Positions 49,280-58,467 of a stretch of DNA of 64,000 nt are shown here, in pieces. Each line of letters opens with the position of its first letter. Positions within the stretch are counted from its first letter, which is position 1. The notes below the pieces were generated by a model. The model had not been told where the DNA came from and searched no databases. It saw only the letters and a program-made list of their open reading frames with translations. Where the stretch lies: assembly GCA_012521295.1 (NCBI GenBank), contig JAAYMS010000107.1, positions 35,641 through 99,640 on the forward strand. The letters are read 5' to 3'. Source of the stretch: Bacillota bacterium. GTDB lineage: Bacteria; Bacillota; Limnochordia; Darwinibacteriales; Darwinibacteriaceae. A program made the position numbers and the translations under genes.

Positions 49280-51925
49280 ATGCATCCATATATTGAATAT
49301 GTGAATCCACATCTAGGTAAGCGTTTGGTGCAGATTGGCCTTGATAAGCGGTTCGTCCGTGGAAACGGCAGTCGGCTGTTCGATGCCGATGGGGTAGAGT
49401 ATCTAGACTGTATCGCTGCCTATGGCGCTCTCCCCTTTGGATACAATCCGCCCCTGATTTGGGAAGCAGTCAATGCTGTACAGGCTAGTTCGGAGCCTAG
49501 TTTTATCCAACCATCCATGTTGGAAGCTGCTGGAAGGCTGGCGGAGGCTTTAATTAACGCGGCACCTGCGGGGATGGCTTACGTGACATTCGTAAACAGC
49601 GGTGCTGAGGCAGTCGAGGCGGCTGTGAAACTCTGCCGCGCCAAAACGGGTAAACTAGGAATTCTGTCTACAAAGAACAGTTTTCACGGCAAGACCTTGG
49701 GTGCATTATCCGCTACTGGGAACCCATCCTATCAGGATGCCTTTGGTGCACCACTGCCCGGGTTCGCTCACATTCCATATGGTGATGTGCAGGCTCTCGA
49801 AAGCTATCTTGCGGAGCATGCCCACGAGACGGCAGCGTTCATCATTGAGCCTATCCAAGGTGAAGGCGGCATTGTCGAGCCTCCCGAAGGCTATCTTAGG
49901 GCTGTACAAGAGATCTGCAGCTCCTATGGAGTATTGACTATTTTCGACGAGATTCAGACCGGCCTCGGCCGCACGGGTTATTTGTTTGCCTGTGAACGCG
50001 AAGGCGTTACTCCCGATGTGATGGTGCTTGCAAAAGCCTTGGGCGGTGGTTTGGTGCCTGTGGGAGCGGTCTTGTGTAAAGCGGAAGTATACACCGAGGA
50101 TTTCGGTCATAAACATTCGTCAACTTTCGCCGGAAACACCTTAGCCTGCCGCATCGGGCTGAGAGTGATGGAGATTCTTACAGAGAATGATCAGGCACTT
50201 GTGAAAGAAATCCGGAGAAAAGGCGAGCGTCTCAAGGGGCTTCTCCTTGAAGTCGCTGAGCGGTACCCACAGATCATCAGAGGAATTCGTGGCCAGGGCC
50301 TCATGCTGGGTGTAGACTTCGGACATGACAAGGATGTCTATCCCGACAGTCTGCTTGGCATCTTGGCGGAGCAAGAGTTCCTCACGCCTCTTATTGCTTC
50401 ATACCTGCTTAATACAGAGAAAGTGAGGGTGGCGCCTACTCTGAATGGGGCTAGTGTCATCAGGATCGAACCACCTTTGATCATCACCGATGACGAGATT
50501 GAACGGATAGCTAGTGCCGTAGAGAACGTTGCTAAGATGCTTGCGCAGCGCAATACTGCCAATTTCTTGGGGCATCTCATCGGCTATACTCCCGAGGAGC
50601 CTGCGGAGCCTGTAAGCGAGCCGGCTTCGCCAGCAGCCGAACCGATAGCGCAGGAAGACGATGGCCGTTTTGCCTTCTTGGTTCATCCAGTAGATTTGGC
50701 GAATTACAGTGATTTCGATGCTAGCCTGGCTGTGTTTTCCGAGGAACAGCTGGCAGACTTAAGCTCCCGCTGGAATGATCTAGTGGAACCCTTCGTGGTC
50801 GGTACCACTCGCATCGAAAGCAATACAGGAGAAACAGCCTATGGAGATTTTATCTGCCTGCCGCGAACGGCTGATGAGTTCTTAGCGATGGATCGGGATC
50901 AGGCGATTGCCGAAATTAGACAGGCGATCGAGCTCGCCAAAGAACGTGGCGCTCGCCTGGTTGGGCTGGGAGCCTATACTTCAGTGGTCACGATGGGAGG
51001 ACGCTCTCTCGTGCCCTATGTCGATGTCGCCTTGACGACAGGCAACAGCTATACAGTGGTATCAGGGATCGAAGCAGTAACTACGGCCGCTCAGAGCCTT
51101 GATGTGACACTGGAAACAAGTACTGCCGCCGTGTTGGGCGCAAGCGGTGCTATTGGCAAGGCGCTCTCGACTCTCCTTGCCGAAAGTGTACAGGAGCTGA
51201 TTCTCATCGGCAATCCGCGGAATGCGGGTAAGAGCGAGTTCCGTATGCGCAAGGTCGTCGTGCAAATCTTACAGCATCTCCGTCAATTGGCCGACAAGGG
51301 GCACGAGTTCGCAGCGGGTACCATCGGTGACTACGTCCGGAAACGCCAGGATCTACCGTCGGCAGATGCTGACTTGAGTGAATGGCTGGATTACGTCGAA
51401 ACTCTTCTTATGGAGGATGCTCCGTTCGTAATTACGACAGACGCAGCGGCACATCTACCTAAAGCAGATCTGATTGTAGCAGCAACCAGCAGTCCCGAAG
51501 CGCTGATAACTCCCGCTATGCTGAAGTGGGGGGCCGTGATCTGCGATCTATCTCGCCCGGCCAATGTCAGCCGGGAAGTCCTGCACGAAAGGCCTGATGT
51601 GCTGGTCATAGATGGCGGTGTTGTCGAAGTACCCAATCGCCCAGATCTGGGATGGAACTTCGGCTTTGAGCAGGGCCAAGCATACGCCTGCATGTCAGAG
51701 ACGATGATGCTGGCCTTGGAGAAACGCTATGAAAACGCAAGTCTGGGTGCAGACTTGAACATCGAGCACATCCAATACCTGCGAGGACTGGCTGATAAGC
51801 ACGGCTTTGCTCTGGCTGGCCTGCGCAGCTTCGATAGACCCTTAACATCCGAAGAACTTGAACGGGTGCGGAGACTACGGGCCAAAGGTGCAGATACTGA
51901 AGACAAAATAGCACAAAATGCATAA
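49280..51925 (+). CDS. bifunctional fusion: class-III PLP aminotransferase (N-terminal) + acyl-ACP-reductase (AAR)-like NAD(P)-binding reductase domain (C-terminal)
   Basis: Residues 1 to about 440 are ArgD/GabT-like (GNSFHGKT, EPIQGEGG, FDEIQTGLGRTG, PLP Lys in AKALGGG). A Pro/Glu/Ala linker follows. Residues from about 470 to the end resemble cyanobacterial AAR (as recalled from memory) block by block: GLGAYTSVV, TTGNSYT, GASGAIGKA Rossmann motif, DLIVAATSSP, IDGGVVEV, QAYACMSETMMLALE. No Cys is found at the position of the AAR catalytic Cys. Confidence 0.6.
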   Translation: MHPYIEYVNPHLGKRLVQIGLDKRFVRGNGSRLFDADGVEYLDCIAAYGALPFGYNPPLIWEAVNAVQASSEPSFIQPSMLEAAGRLAEALINAAPAGMAYVTFVNSGAEAVEAAVKLCRAKTGKLGILSTKNSFHGKTLGALSATGNPSYQDAFGAPLPGFAHIPYGDVQALESYLAEHAHETAAFIIEPIQGEGGIVEPPEGYLRAVQEICSSYGVLTIFDEIQTGLGRTGYLFACEREGVTPDVMVLAKALGGGLVPVGAVLCKAEVYTEDFGHKHSSTFAGNTLACRIGLRVMEILTENDQALVKEIRRKGERLKGLLLEVAERYPQIIRGIRGQGLMLGVDFGHDKDVYPDSLLGILAEQEFLTPLIASYLLNTEKVRVAPTLNGASVIRIEPPLIITDDEIERIASAVENVAKMLAQRNTANFLGHLIGYTPEEPAEPVSEPASPAAEPIAQEDDGRFAFLVHPVDLANYSDFDASLAVFSEEQLADLSSRWNDLVEPFVVGTTRIESNTGETAYGDFICLPRTADEFLAMDRDQAIAEIRQAIELAKERGARLVGLGAYTSVVTMGGRSLVPYVDVALTTGNSYTVVSGIEAVTTAAQSLDVTLETSTAAVLGASGAIGKALSTLLAESVQELILIGNPRNAGKSEFRMRKVVVQILQHLRQLADKGHEFAAGTIGDYVRKRQDLPSADADLSEWLDYVETLLMEDAPFVITTDAAAHLPKADLIVAATSSPEALITPAMLKWGAVICDLSRPANVSREVLHERPDVLVIDGGVVEVPNRPDLGWNFGFEQGQAYACMSETMMLALEKRYENASLGADLNIEHIQYLRGLADKHGFALAGLRSFDRPLTSEELERVRRLRAKGADTEDKIAQNA

Positions 51926-51981
51926 ACAATAACTCCTCCACATACGATTAGATGAGCATTTGTGTGGGGGGATCGGCCTTG

Positions 51982-52725
51982 ATGGGACAATGGCGCGTTG
52001 CAGTGGCAGGCGGCACCGGGAGAACGGGAAGAGAAATCGTTCGATACCTAAACGCCGAAGAAGGCATTGAGGTGGTTGGGGTAGTGGCTCGATCCCTTGC
52101 AGGCCAGTCCATGTCAGTGGTATTACCTGGACTAAAGCGCCATATTCCCATATATGGAGATCTTGCGGAGCTCTTAAGGATTGATCCCCCCCACGTCTTG
52201 GTCGATTTCACCACACCGCAGGCGGCTAAGCGTCACTTCTTCATGTGTATAGAACGGGGGATTAATCCCATTATTGGAACCACAGGGTTTACAGATGCGG
52301 ATATAGCAGAGTTTGCTGAGGCCTGCGCGGCATTCAAGATTGGGGCCGCGGTTATCCCTAATTTCTCCATTGGCGCACTGGCTCTCAGGCTTGCCGCACA
52401 AGTCGTAGCTGGTATGCTGGACGATGTGGCCGTGTTGGAAACTTACCCTCATTCGAAAAGAGATCTGCCTTCAGGTACTTCCCAGCGTTTGGCCGCGCTA
52501 CTGGCCACAGGCGGGCCTGACAACCCCAAAGCGGTACCGATTCACAGCGTCAGGCTGGACGGTGTGCTGCCCCAGCAGGAAGTGCGGTTTGGTGGGCAGG
52601 GTGAGATGGTTGCCATTTCTCACCTGGTCAGTGACCGGGCCTGTTTCGGCAGGGGAGTGGCGATGGCCGTTAAGAAGATAGCAAAATTCCCCACCCTGAT
52701 TCAGGACCTAGATTTCTTTATATAA
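51982..52725 (+). CDS. DapB-like reductase (4-hydroxy-tetrahydrodipicolinate reductase family, divergent)
   Basis: N-terminal VAVAGGTGRTGREI, GTTGF and PSGTS blocks. The catalytic region reads ETYPHSKRDLPSGT, whereas the canonical DapB motif as I recall it is EAHHRHKVDAPSGT. ATG at 51982 follows GGGGGG. Confidence 0.6.
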   Translation: MGQWRVAVAGGTGRTGREIVRYLNAEEGIEVVGVVARSLAGQSMSVVLPGLKRHIPIYGDLAELLRIDPPHVLVDFTTPQAAKRHFFMCIERGINPIIGTTGFTDADIAEFAEACAAFKIGAAVIPNFSIGALALRLAAQVVAGMLDDVAVLETYPHSKRDLPSGTSQRLAALLATGGPDNPKAVPIHSVRLDGVLPQQEVRFGGQGEMVAISHLVSDRACFGRGVAMAVKKIAKFPTLIQDLDFFI

Positions 52726-52843
52726 CCGGGAAAGTCCCCGGTTTTTTGCTTTACAGGGAAAGGCAGGAACTTAGTGTAACTGCGGAGAAGTAGCACTCTC
52801 GACTCGGTTTCCAGTATCGGGTTATATAGAGGAGGACTAGAAG

Positions 52844-54109
52844 TTGAAGCTTGCATTGCATGGTGGCGAACCCGTTCGGACACGCCCCTGGGTTTCGAAA
52901 TTTATCGGCGGTGAAGAGCTGGGCCAGGAGGAGCGCGAGAGGGTACTGCGCGTCCTGGAAAAGAAGCGCATTTTCAGGTATCTCCCTGAAGGGTTGGACG
53001 AATCAGAAACGGCTCAACTGGAGAAGGAATATGCTCGCTTCGTGGGTACTCGCTATGCTTTGGCAGTCAATTCTGGCACATCGGCTCTAATCTGTGCGCT
53101 GGTTGCAGCTGGAATTGGCCCAGGAGATGAGGTTCTGATACCCGCTTATACGTGGGTGGCTACGGCAGGGGCCGTCGTGTCGATCGGAGCTGTACCAGTA
53201 CTCTGCGAAATAGACGAATCCTTGACCATTGATCCAGAAGATATGGAAAAGAGAATCACGCCTTATACCAAGGCTGTTATTGTGGTGCACATGCGCGGCA
53301 TGTCTTGTGACATGGACCGCATCATGGCAGTGGCACGGGCACACGATTTAAGGGTAATTGAGGATGTTGCACAGGCCAATGGAGGAAGCTATAAGGGTAG
53401 ACGCCTCGGAAGTTTCGGTGACGTAGGCTGCTTTAGCCTGCAGCAATCGAAGGTGATTACTACTGGCGAAGGCGGTATGGTTGTCACTGATTCGGAGGAG
53501 ATATGGCAGCGGGCGGTGATATATCACGACGGTGCCATGTATCAATTCCGCTTCACCGAACGTAAGGTACCGGCCTTTGCTGGTCAGAATTACCGCCTAA
53601 CCGAGCTGCAGGCAGCCCTGTCTTTGGGGCAGATTGAAAAAATGCCTGAGCTGATTAAGGCAACGCGGGCTGTAAAAAGAAGAGCTCTTGAGGTACTTGC
53701 AGGCCAGACTGGCATTTACTTTGCTCCGGCGTTCGGCAGTGAGCGGGATCTTGGTATCAGCTTGGTTTTCTACACTGAGACAGCTGAGCAGGCCGAATTC
53801 TTGGAAAAGGCTATTTCGGCTGAGGGCATCCCAGCACAGCGTATTTACAATCCGGAGCTGAACGATCAACATGTCTATGTCAACTGGGAGTTCTTAATGA
53901 ACAAACGCGATCCTTGGGGTGGAAGTTTCCCGTGGGATCAGCCTTTCTACAAGGGAAGTGTTGATTACAACGCCGACTCTTGTCCAAGGACTCTCGATAT
54001 CTTGAGCAGGGCAGTCCAGATTCGCCTCAATCATTTGATCACTGACGAAGACCTAGCTGACCTGAAGCAAGCAGTTGCCAAGACGGTTTCGGCAATGCCC
54101 ACATCTTAA
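52844..54109 (+). CDS. DegT/DnrJ/EryC1/StrS family PLP aminotransferase
   Basis: Motifs NSGTSAL, PAYTWVA and SFSLQQSKVITTGEGG (PLP Lys). TTG start 7 nt after AGAGGAGG. Confidence 0.8.
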   Translation: MKLALHGGEPVRTRPWVSKFIGGEELGQEERERVLRVLEKKRIFRYLPEGLDESETAQLEKEYARFVGTRYALAVNSGTSALICALVAAGIGPGDEVLIPAYTWVATAGAVVSIGAVPVLCEIDESLTIDPEDMEKRITPYTKAVIVVHMRGMSCDMDRIMAVARAHDLRVIEDVAQANGGSYKGRRLGSFGDVGCFSLQQSKVITTGEGGMVVTDSEEIWQRAVIYHDGAMYQFRFTERKVPAFAGQNYRLTELQAALSLGQIEKMPELIKATRAVKRRALEVLAGQTGIYFAPAFGSERDLGISLVFYTETAEQAEFLEKAISAEGIPAQRIYNPELNDQHVYVNWEFLMNKRDPWGGSFPWDQPFYKGSVDYNADSCPRTLDILSRAVQIRLNHLITDEDLADLKQAVAKTVSAMPTS

Positions 54110-54176
54110 GGCAGGATGTGGGGTTTGTCACAGGCGCTTTTTGCCTGTTTTGATTGTTGTAGGAAGGGGTATAGAA

Positions 54177-55781
54177 ATGCTGTTTGACTCGCTTTATTAT
54201 CCGTATCCTTCTCGGCGGATGGTGACCTATTCTAATCGCGGCATGGTGGCAACTTCGCAGGCTCTGGCAGCCCAAGCAGGATTGGAGATTCTGAAAAAAG
54301 GTGGGAATGCAGTTGATGCTGCCATCGCCACTGCAGCAGCTCTGACGGTGGTGGAACCCACTTCAAATGGTCTGGGTAGTGATGCATTCGCGATAGTATA
54401 CAGCGGTGGGCAACTTCACGGCTTAAACTCCAGCGGGCCTGCCCCGTCAAGCCTAACCGCCGACAAAGTACGCGCTAAGGGCCATGACGAGATGCCCGCC
54501 TTGGGGTGGTTCCCGGTTACCGTACCCGGTGCAGTAGGCGCCTGGGCGGCACTTTGGCGGAAGTTTGGCTCGCTCTCTTTCGCTGAACTACTAGAACCAG
54601 CCATCTCATATGCAGATGAGGGTTACCCTGTCTCGCCAGTGCTTGCTGAGGGATGGGAAGCATCTTACCGCCGCTATTCTAAGGAAAGCGATCAGCTCTT
54701 TGCCGAGTGGTTTAGAGTATTTGCGCCTCACGGAAGAGCACCGCGGTGCGGCGAAGTATGGCGTTCGCCTGACCATGCTAGAACGCTAAGGCTGATCGCC
54801 GAGTCAGAGGGCGAGGCCTTTTATCGTGGAGAACTAGCTGAAATAATCAGCCGCTACGCAGAAGAAACAGGCGGCTTCATTCGCAGCGCCGATCTGGCTC
54901 GTTTTGAACCACAGTGGGTCGAGCCGCTGTCGGTACGCTATCACGGTTATGATGTCTGGGAACTGCCTCCAAACGGCCAGGGGCTCGTGGCTCTCATCGC
55001 TCTAGGCATCTTGGATGCTTGGGAGTTCGAGAGCAAGGAGGATGTGGACACATACCACAAGCAGATCGAAGCGTTGAAACAGGCCATGACTGTGGCTGGT
55101 GAAGTGATTACTGACCCTGACCATATGCGCCTTGATCCAAAGGTTCTGCTCAGTCCGGATTATCTGGCTGCGCTCCGCAGCCGAATTGGTGAAACCGCAG
55201 GTGAACCCGTCGCCATTGTACCCGAAGATCATGGCACAGTATACTTGGCCGCAGCTGACCAGTATGGCAACATGATTTCATTCATCCAGAGCAACTACAT
55301 GGGCTTCGGTTCGGGCATCGTAGTACCAGACACAGGAATTGCGCTCCAGAACCGCGGGAAAGGCTTTTCGCTTGATCCGGAAAGAGTTAACTATCTTGAA
55401 CCGGGTAAGCGGAGTTACCATACAATTATTCCAGGTTTCTTGACTAGAGACGGCAAGGCTATCGGGCCCTTTGGCGTGATGGGCGGATACATGCAGCCTC
55501 AGGGGCACCTCCAGGTGATGATGAATACGATCGATTTTGGCCTCAATCCTCAGGCCGCTCTTGATGCACCGCGCTGGCAGTGGATGAGGGACAACAGCGT
55601 GGAGCTTGAACAGAGTGTGCCTGAACACATCAAGGCAGCTCTTGTACGCCGAGGGCACAAAGTGACTATTCCTGTAAGCAGTGTTGGGTTCGGGCGAGGC
55701 CAGATCATCTGGCGAGATGATCAAGGTGTTTTGGCAGGTGGAACAGAACCTCGCGCCGATGGGGCCGTGGCTGCTTGGTAG
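54177..55781 (+). CDS. ggt: gamma-glutamyltranspeptidase
   Basis: GGT family motifs (GGNAVDAAIA, catalytic Thr region PGKRSYHT(I)IP). ATG at 54177. The upstream extension to 54075 is rejected. Confidence 0.85.
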   Translation: MLFDSLYYPYPSRRMVTYSNRGMVATSQALAAQAGLEILKKGGNAVDAAIATAAALTVVEPTSNGLGSDAFAIVYSGGQLHGLNSSGPAPSSLTADKVRAKGHDEMPALGWFPVTVPGAVGAWAALWRKFGSLSFAELLEPAISYADEGYPVSPVLAEGWEASYRRYSKESDQLFAEWFRVFAPHGRAPRCGEVWRSPDHARTLRLIAESEGEAFYRGELAEIISRYAEETGGFIRSADLARFEPQWVEPLSVRYHGYDVWELPPNGQGLVALIALGILDAWEFESKEDVDTYHKQIEALKQAMTVAGEVITDPDHMRLDPKVLLSPDYLAALRSRIGETAGEPVAIVPEDHGTVYLAAADQYGNMISFIQSNYMGFGSGIVVPDTGIALQNRGKGFSLDPERVNYLEPGKRSYHTIIPGFLTRDGKAIGPFGVMGGYMQPQGHLQVMMNTIDFGLNPQAALDAPRWQWMRDNSVELEQSVPEHIKAALVRRGHKVTIPVSSVGFGRGQIIWRDDQGVLAGGTEPRADGAVAAW

Positions 55782-55796
55782 AGGAGAGGGTTAGCA

Positions 55797-56597
55797 ATGC
55801 GGTTCTGGAAGTATCACGGGATCGGCAATGATTTTATCCTGGTAGAAGACTTTGAAGGCAGATTGCTCGGCGAAGCCCCCCGCATCGCCACTCAAGCCTG
55901 CCACCGGAACTTCGGTATCGGCGGTGATGGCTTAGTGCTGATAACTCAGAACGACGGTATGTATACTATGCGCATCTTCAACTCCGATGGCTCCGAAGCC
56001 GAGATGTGCGGCAATGCCATCCGCTGCGTTGCCCATCACCTCATTGATAAAGGGTACGCAGTCGGTGAGACGGTCATCATAAACACCATCAGTGGTGCAA
56101 AAAAGGTGTATCGAGAGCGCGACCAGTATGCTGTCGACATGGGCGAGCCACGATTTACTGCTGCAGAACAGCTTCCAGATGGAATCCAAGAAGTAGAGGC
56201 CTTAGGAGGCCAGTGGAAGATTCACCCTGTCTCGATGGGCAATCCCCACGGAGTAGTATTTGTAGATGAGCTCGCGGCTCTTCCCTTTGAGCACTTAGGG
56301 CCCCTGCTGGAGCGGCATCCTATTTGGCCAGCGATGGCCAATATTGAGTTTGTCCAGGTTGAAAACAGCAGCTCTCTAAGGGTTAAGGTTTGGGAGCGGG
56401 GAGTAGGGCCGACGCTCGCGTGTGGTACAGGTGCCTGCGCTGCGGCGGTCTGGTCGGCTCGCTTGGGCACAACCGGGCGCCGCGTTGCTGTCCATCTTCC
56501 GGGTGGGAGTCTAGAAATCCGCTGGGAAGATGATAATCACGTTTGGATGATTGGCCCTGCTGTTGAGGTCTTTACTGGTTCATATCATGGGAAATGA
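55797..56597 (+). CDS. dapF: diaminopimelate epimerase
   Basis: GNDFILV N-terminus and the two catalytic Cys motifs (CGNAIRC, ACGTGACA). Confidence 0.85.
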   Translation: MRFWKYHGIGNDFILVEDFEGRLLGEAPRIATQACHRNFGIGGDGLVLITQNDGMYTMRIFNSDGSEAEMCGNAIRCVAHHLIDKGYAVGETVIINTISGAKKVYRERDQYAVDMGEPRFTAAEQLPDGIQEVEALGGQWKIHPVSMGNPHGVVFVDELAALPFEHLGPLLERHPIWPAMANIEFVQVENSSSLRVKVWERGVGPTLACGTGACAAAVWSARLGTTGRRVAVHLPGGSLEIRWEDDNHVWMIGPAVEVFTGSYHGK

Positions 56598-56714
56598 GTT
56601 CGCATGGAGCACCAGCGAAAGGGATTTTGCCGAATCCAAAGAACTTTAGGATCATGTGGCTGTAAGTAGTTAGCACACAGTGCAAAATTGATAAGCAAAA
56701 GGTGGAAGAGAAAG

Positions 56715-57428
56715 ATGTATGTACTAGCCCACAGAGGATACTCAGGTAAAGCACCCGAAAACACAATGGCCGCCTTTGAACTAGCATTAGAGGCTGGAGC
56801 AGACGGCCTGGAGCTCGATGTACACATTACTAAAGATGGGGAAGTTGTAGTCATTCACGACGATACCATCGACCGTACCACAAATGGAAGTGGTAGAGTT
56901 GAGGACTATACTTATGCCGAGCTAGCTGAATTTGATGCTGGCAGCTGGTTTGGTGCTGAGTTCAAAGGAGAACGCCTGCCTACCCTGTCTCAGGTATGCG
57001 AGCTCATCAAGGGCACCGATAAGATTTTCAACGTAGAACTCAAGGCTGGTGCCAATTTCCAGGCGTTGACAGAAAAGGTATCGGAGATTATCAAGGCTTA
57101 CGACCTTGTACCCAATACCATTATTTCCTCCTTCAACCACTATGCGCTCGCATATTCTAAGCAGGTGAACCCCAATCTGCGTACAGCTATTCTATACACC
57201 GCAGCTCTGTATGCACCTTGGGAGTATGTGAAGATGATCGGTGCTGACGCACTGCATCCGAAACACGTGACAGTGGTGCCATTTATTGTGGAAGAAGCGC
57301 ACAAGCACGGGTTGATGGTCAATCCATATACTGTTGATGAGCCACATGACATTGAGCGTATGCTCAAAGCTGGAGTAGACAGTGTGATCACAAACCAAGT
57401 GACACGCGTTAAAGAGTTCATTAAGTAA
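56715..57428 (+). CDS. glycerophosphodiester phosphodiesterase
   Basis: GDPD motifs (HRGYSG, PENTMAAFELA, ELDVHITKDGEVVVIHD). Confidence 0.85.
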   Translation: MYVLAHRGYSGKAPENTMAAFELALEAGADGLELDVHITKDGEVVVIHDDTIDRTTNGSGRVEDYTYAELAEFDAGSWFGAEFKGERLPTLSQVCELIKGTDKIFNVELKAGANFQALTEKVSEIIKAYDLVPNTIISSFNHYALAYSKQVNPNLRTAILYTAALYAPWEYVKMIGADALHPKHVTVVPFIVEEAHKHGLMVNPYTVDEPHDIERMLKAGVDSVITNQVTRVKEFIK

Positions 57429-57430
57429 GA

Positions 57431-57458
57431 ATAGGCTGCCAAACGGCAGCCTATTTGC
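57431..57458. terminator. bidirectional intrinsic terminator
   Basis: Hairpin ataggctgcc-aaac-ggcagcctat followed by a TTGCTTT tract. Confidence 0.7.
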
Positions 57459-57465
57459 TTTAGAT

Positions 57466-58467
57466 CTACATTAAGTCTTTCAGGTCGCTTGTGGCTACTG
57501 CTTTAACTAAGTCCACGCACGCCTCTACGTCTCTGATATCAACCATCTCTGAAGCGGTGTGTACGTAGCGGCAGGGGATAGAAATAGTGCCAGCCAAGAT
57601 ACCATCTCTTGTTAAATGGATAGCACCCGCATCTGTTCCACCTCTTTCAAGGACCTCGAACTGATGGGGGATGTTGTTATCTTCGGCGAGCTTCGTGAGA
57701 AAGGCTTTAACCTTCGGATTAGTGATCATCGAAGAGTCTTTGACCTTGATAGCAGCTCCTTTACCAAGTGAGACCTCCATGCGCGGGCCTTCGGGTACGT
57801 CACCAGTGAGGGTCACGTCTAAAGCAATACCAAGGTCCGGATTGATGGTGTAGGCAGACGTACGCGCCCCCCTCAGTCCAACCTCTTCTTGGGTGGAGAA
57901 TACGAAGTACAGAGTATTGGGTGTATCCTGAAGCTGTTTAATTGCCTCCACCAGGATCGCACAACCGATGCGGTCATCCATACTCTTCGCCACTAGGCGG
58001 TTTCCGAGATCGGTGAATTCACGATGGATGATGCCAAACTCCCCAACCTTGACCTTGGCTTCGGCTTCTTCTTGTGATTCGGCGCCGATGTCAACATAGA
58101 GCTTATCGAGATTGAGATCCTTTAGATCGCCTTTTTCCTTGTAAATCACACCGATAGTACCATTGGAAAAGCGGACTCTGTTGCCAATCAACGTTTCTGG
58201 AGCTAATCCACCCACATTAGAGAACCGCAAGAAACCTTTTTCATCGATGTGGGTCACGATGATTCCAATCTCATCGGCATGCGCAGAAAACATGATGCGT
58301 TTGCCTTCAGGCGCTGTACCTCGTTTTACGGCAATGAGGTTGCCCATAACATCCGTGGAGATTTCGTCGACATGATCCTTAATCATATCAGCAATGACTT
58401 CGCGAACCTGGTCTTCATATCCTGATGGGCCAAAGGCCTCGGTTAGGGTGCGAATGATCTCTTTCAT
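57466..58467 (-). CDS. M42 family aminopeptidase (TET/FrvX-like) paralog 1
   Basis: M42 metal-ligand motifs (HADEIG, DDR, EEVGLRGA). Confidence 0.8.
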   Translation of the reverse strand: MKEIIRTLTEAFGPSGYEDQVREVIADMIKDHVDEISTDVMGNLIAVKRGTAPEGKRIMFSAHADEIGIIVTHIDEKGFLRFSNVGGLAPETLIGNRVRFSNGTIGVIYKEKGDLKDLNLDKLYVDIGAESQEEAEAKVKVGEFGIIHREFTDLGNRLVAKSMDDRIGCAILVEAIKQLQDTPNTLYFVFSTQEEVGLRGARTSAYTINPDLGIALDVTLTGDVPEGPRMEVSLGKGAAIKVKDSSMITNPKVKAFLTKLAEDNNIPHQFEVLERGGTDAGAIHLTRDGILAGTISIPCRYVHTASEMVDIRDVEACVDLVKAVATSDLKDLM

